The notes under the pieces are model-generated. The model ran no database searches. It saw nothing but the letters and a program-made list of their open reading frames with translations, and had not been told where the DNA came from. Source: Sphaerodactylus townsendi (lineage: Eukaryota). From it: a DNA stretch of 64,000 nucleotides. The translations under genes and the position numbers were made by a program. The stretch is from NCBI RefSeq assembly GCF_021028975.2, contig NC_059430.1, positions 101,308,001 to 101,372,000 of the forward strand. The letters run 5' to 3'. Each line of letters starts with the position of its first letter. Positions within the stretch are counted from its first letter, which is position 1. Shown piece after piece: positions 63,531 to 64,000 of this stretch.

Positions 63531-64000
63531 GTGACAGTTTGAGCAGGAAGGGGCTGTCACGTCACTTACTGTCTGGGAGGGCCACTCTCTTCTGTTGCTA
63601 GGGCTAAGGAAGAAATTGTTTCAAACAGCAGGCCTGCACAAGCACAGTCCCATGTGGGGCTGAACTGAAGACCAAATGTGAACCAGAACTTCCTCGGTGG
63701 TCTCCCATCCAAATACTAACCAAGGCCGATCCTGCTTAGCCTCCAAGATCCAACAAGATTAGGCTAGAATGGATAAATACTATTTGGTTCCTCTTCCTCC
63801 AAGATGTGAGCTGACAAGACTTCTTCCTCCTCCAGTAGCCTATGTTGGATCCAGTGTCATTTGGGTACTCCCTTCCACCCCTGTAATGGCTATTCTCCGC
63901 TTGGTCACTATGCAGCCTTGACCAAAGTTATCTATGAATTGGAATTGCTGACTTTCTTCTTCCCTCCCCATTTATTTTCTCTTCTGTATCATCTGGATTG

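Overview
Vertebrate genomic DNA from a squamate reptile, most likely a gecko (inferred from the repeat families). It holds a conserved gene block matching human 1p35, with all genes on the minus strand. From right to left: KPNA6 (3' 11 coding exons, 54322-61973; 5' exons lie beyond the window), TXLNA (complete CDS, 10 coding exons, 28552-41304, 577 aa), CCDC28B (complete, 5 coding exons, 12656-18961, 187 aa), IQCC (complete, 5 exons, 6389-9328, 232 aa) and the first coding exon of DCDC2B (3122-3399). Exon boundaries were read by eye from splice sites and are phase-consistent. Two introns are non-canonical: a U12-type intron in CCDC28B and a GC-AG intron in TXLNA. Introns and intergenic DNA are dense in transposons: CR1 and L2 LINEs, a decayed DIRS element, a solo LTR, Helitrons, hAT, Harbinger and Tc-mariner MITEs, tRNA- and 5S-derived SINEs, and Penelope-type palindromes. 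I see no unambiguous new gene system. The most interesting non-genic signals are: (1) palindromic Penelope-derived repeats with minimal hammerhead ribozyme cores; (2) an 8-copy palindromic hAT MITE family carrying the ZNF143/THAP11-type ACTACAATTCCCA motif; (3) a composite CR1 insertion that carries ~290 bp of non-CR1 DNA also found next to a CR1 30 kb away; (4) RFX X-box-like motifs at the promoters of the three adjacent cilia-associated or candidate genes. Repeat family names are pattern-based and were not checked against a database.
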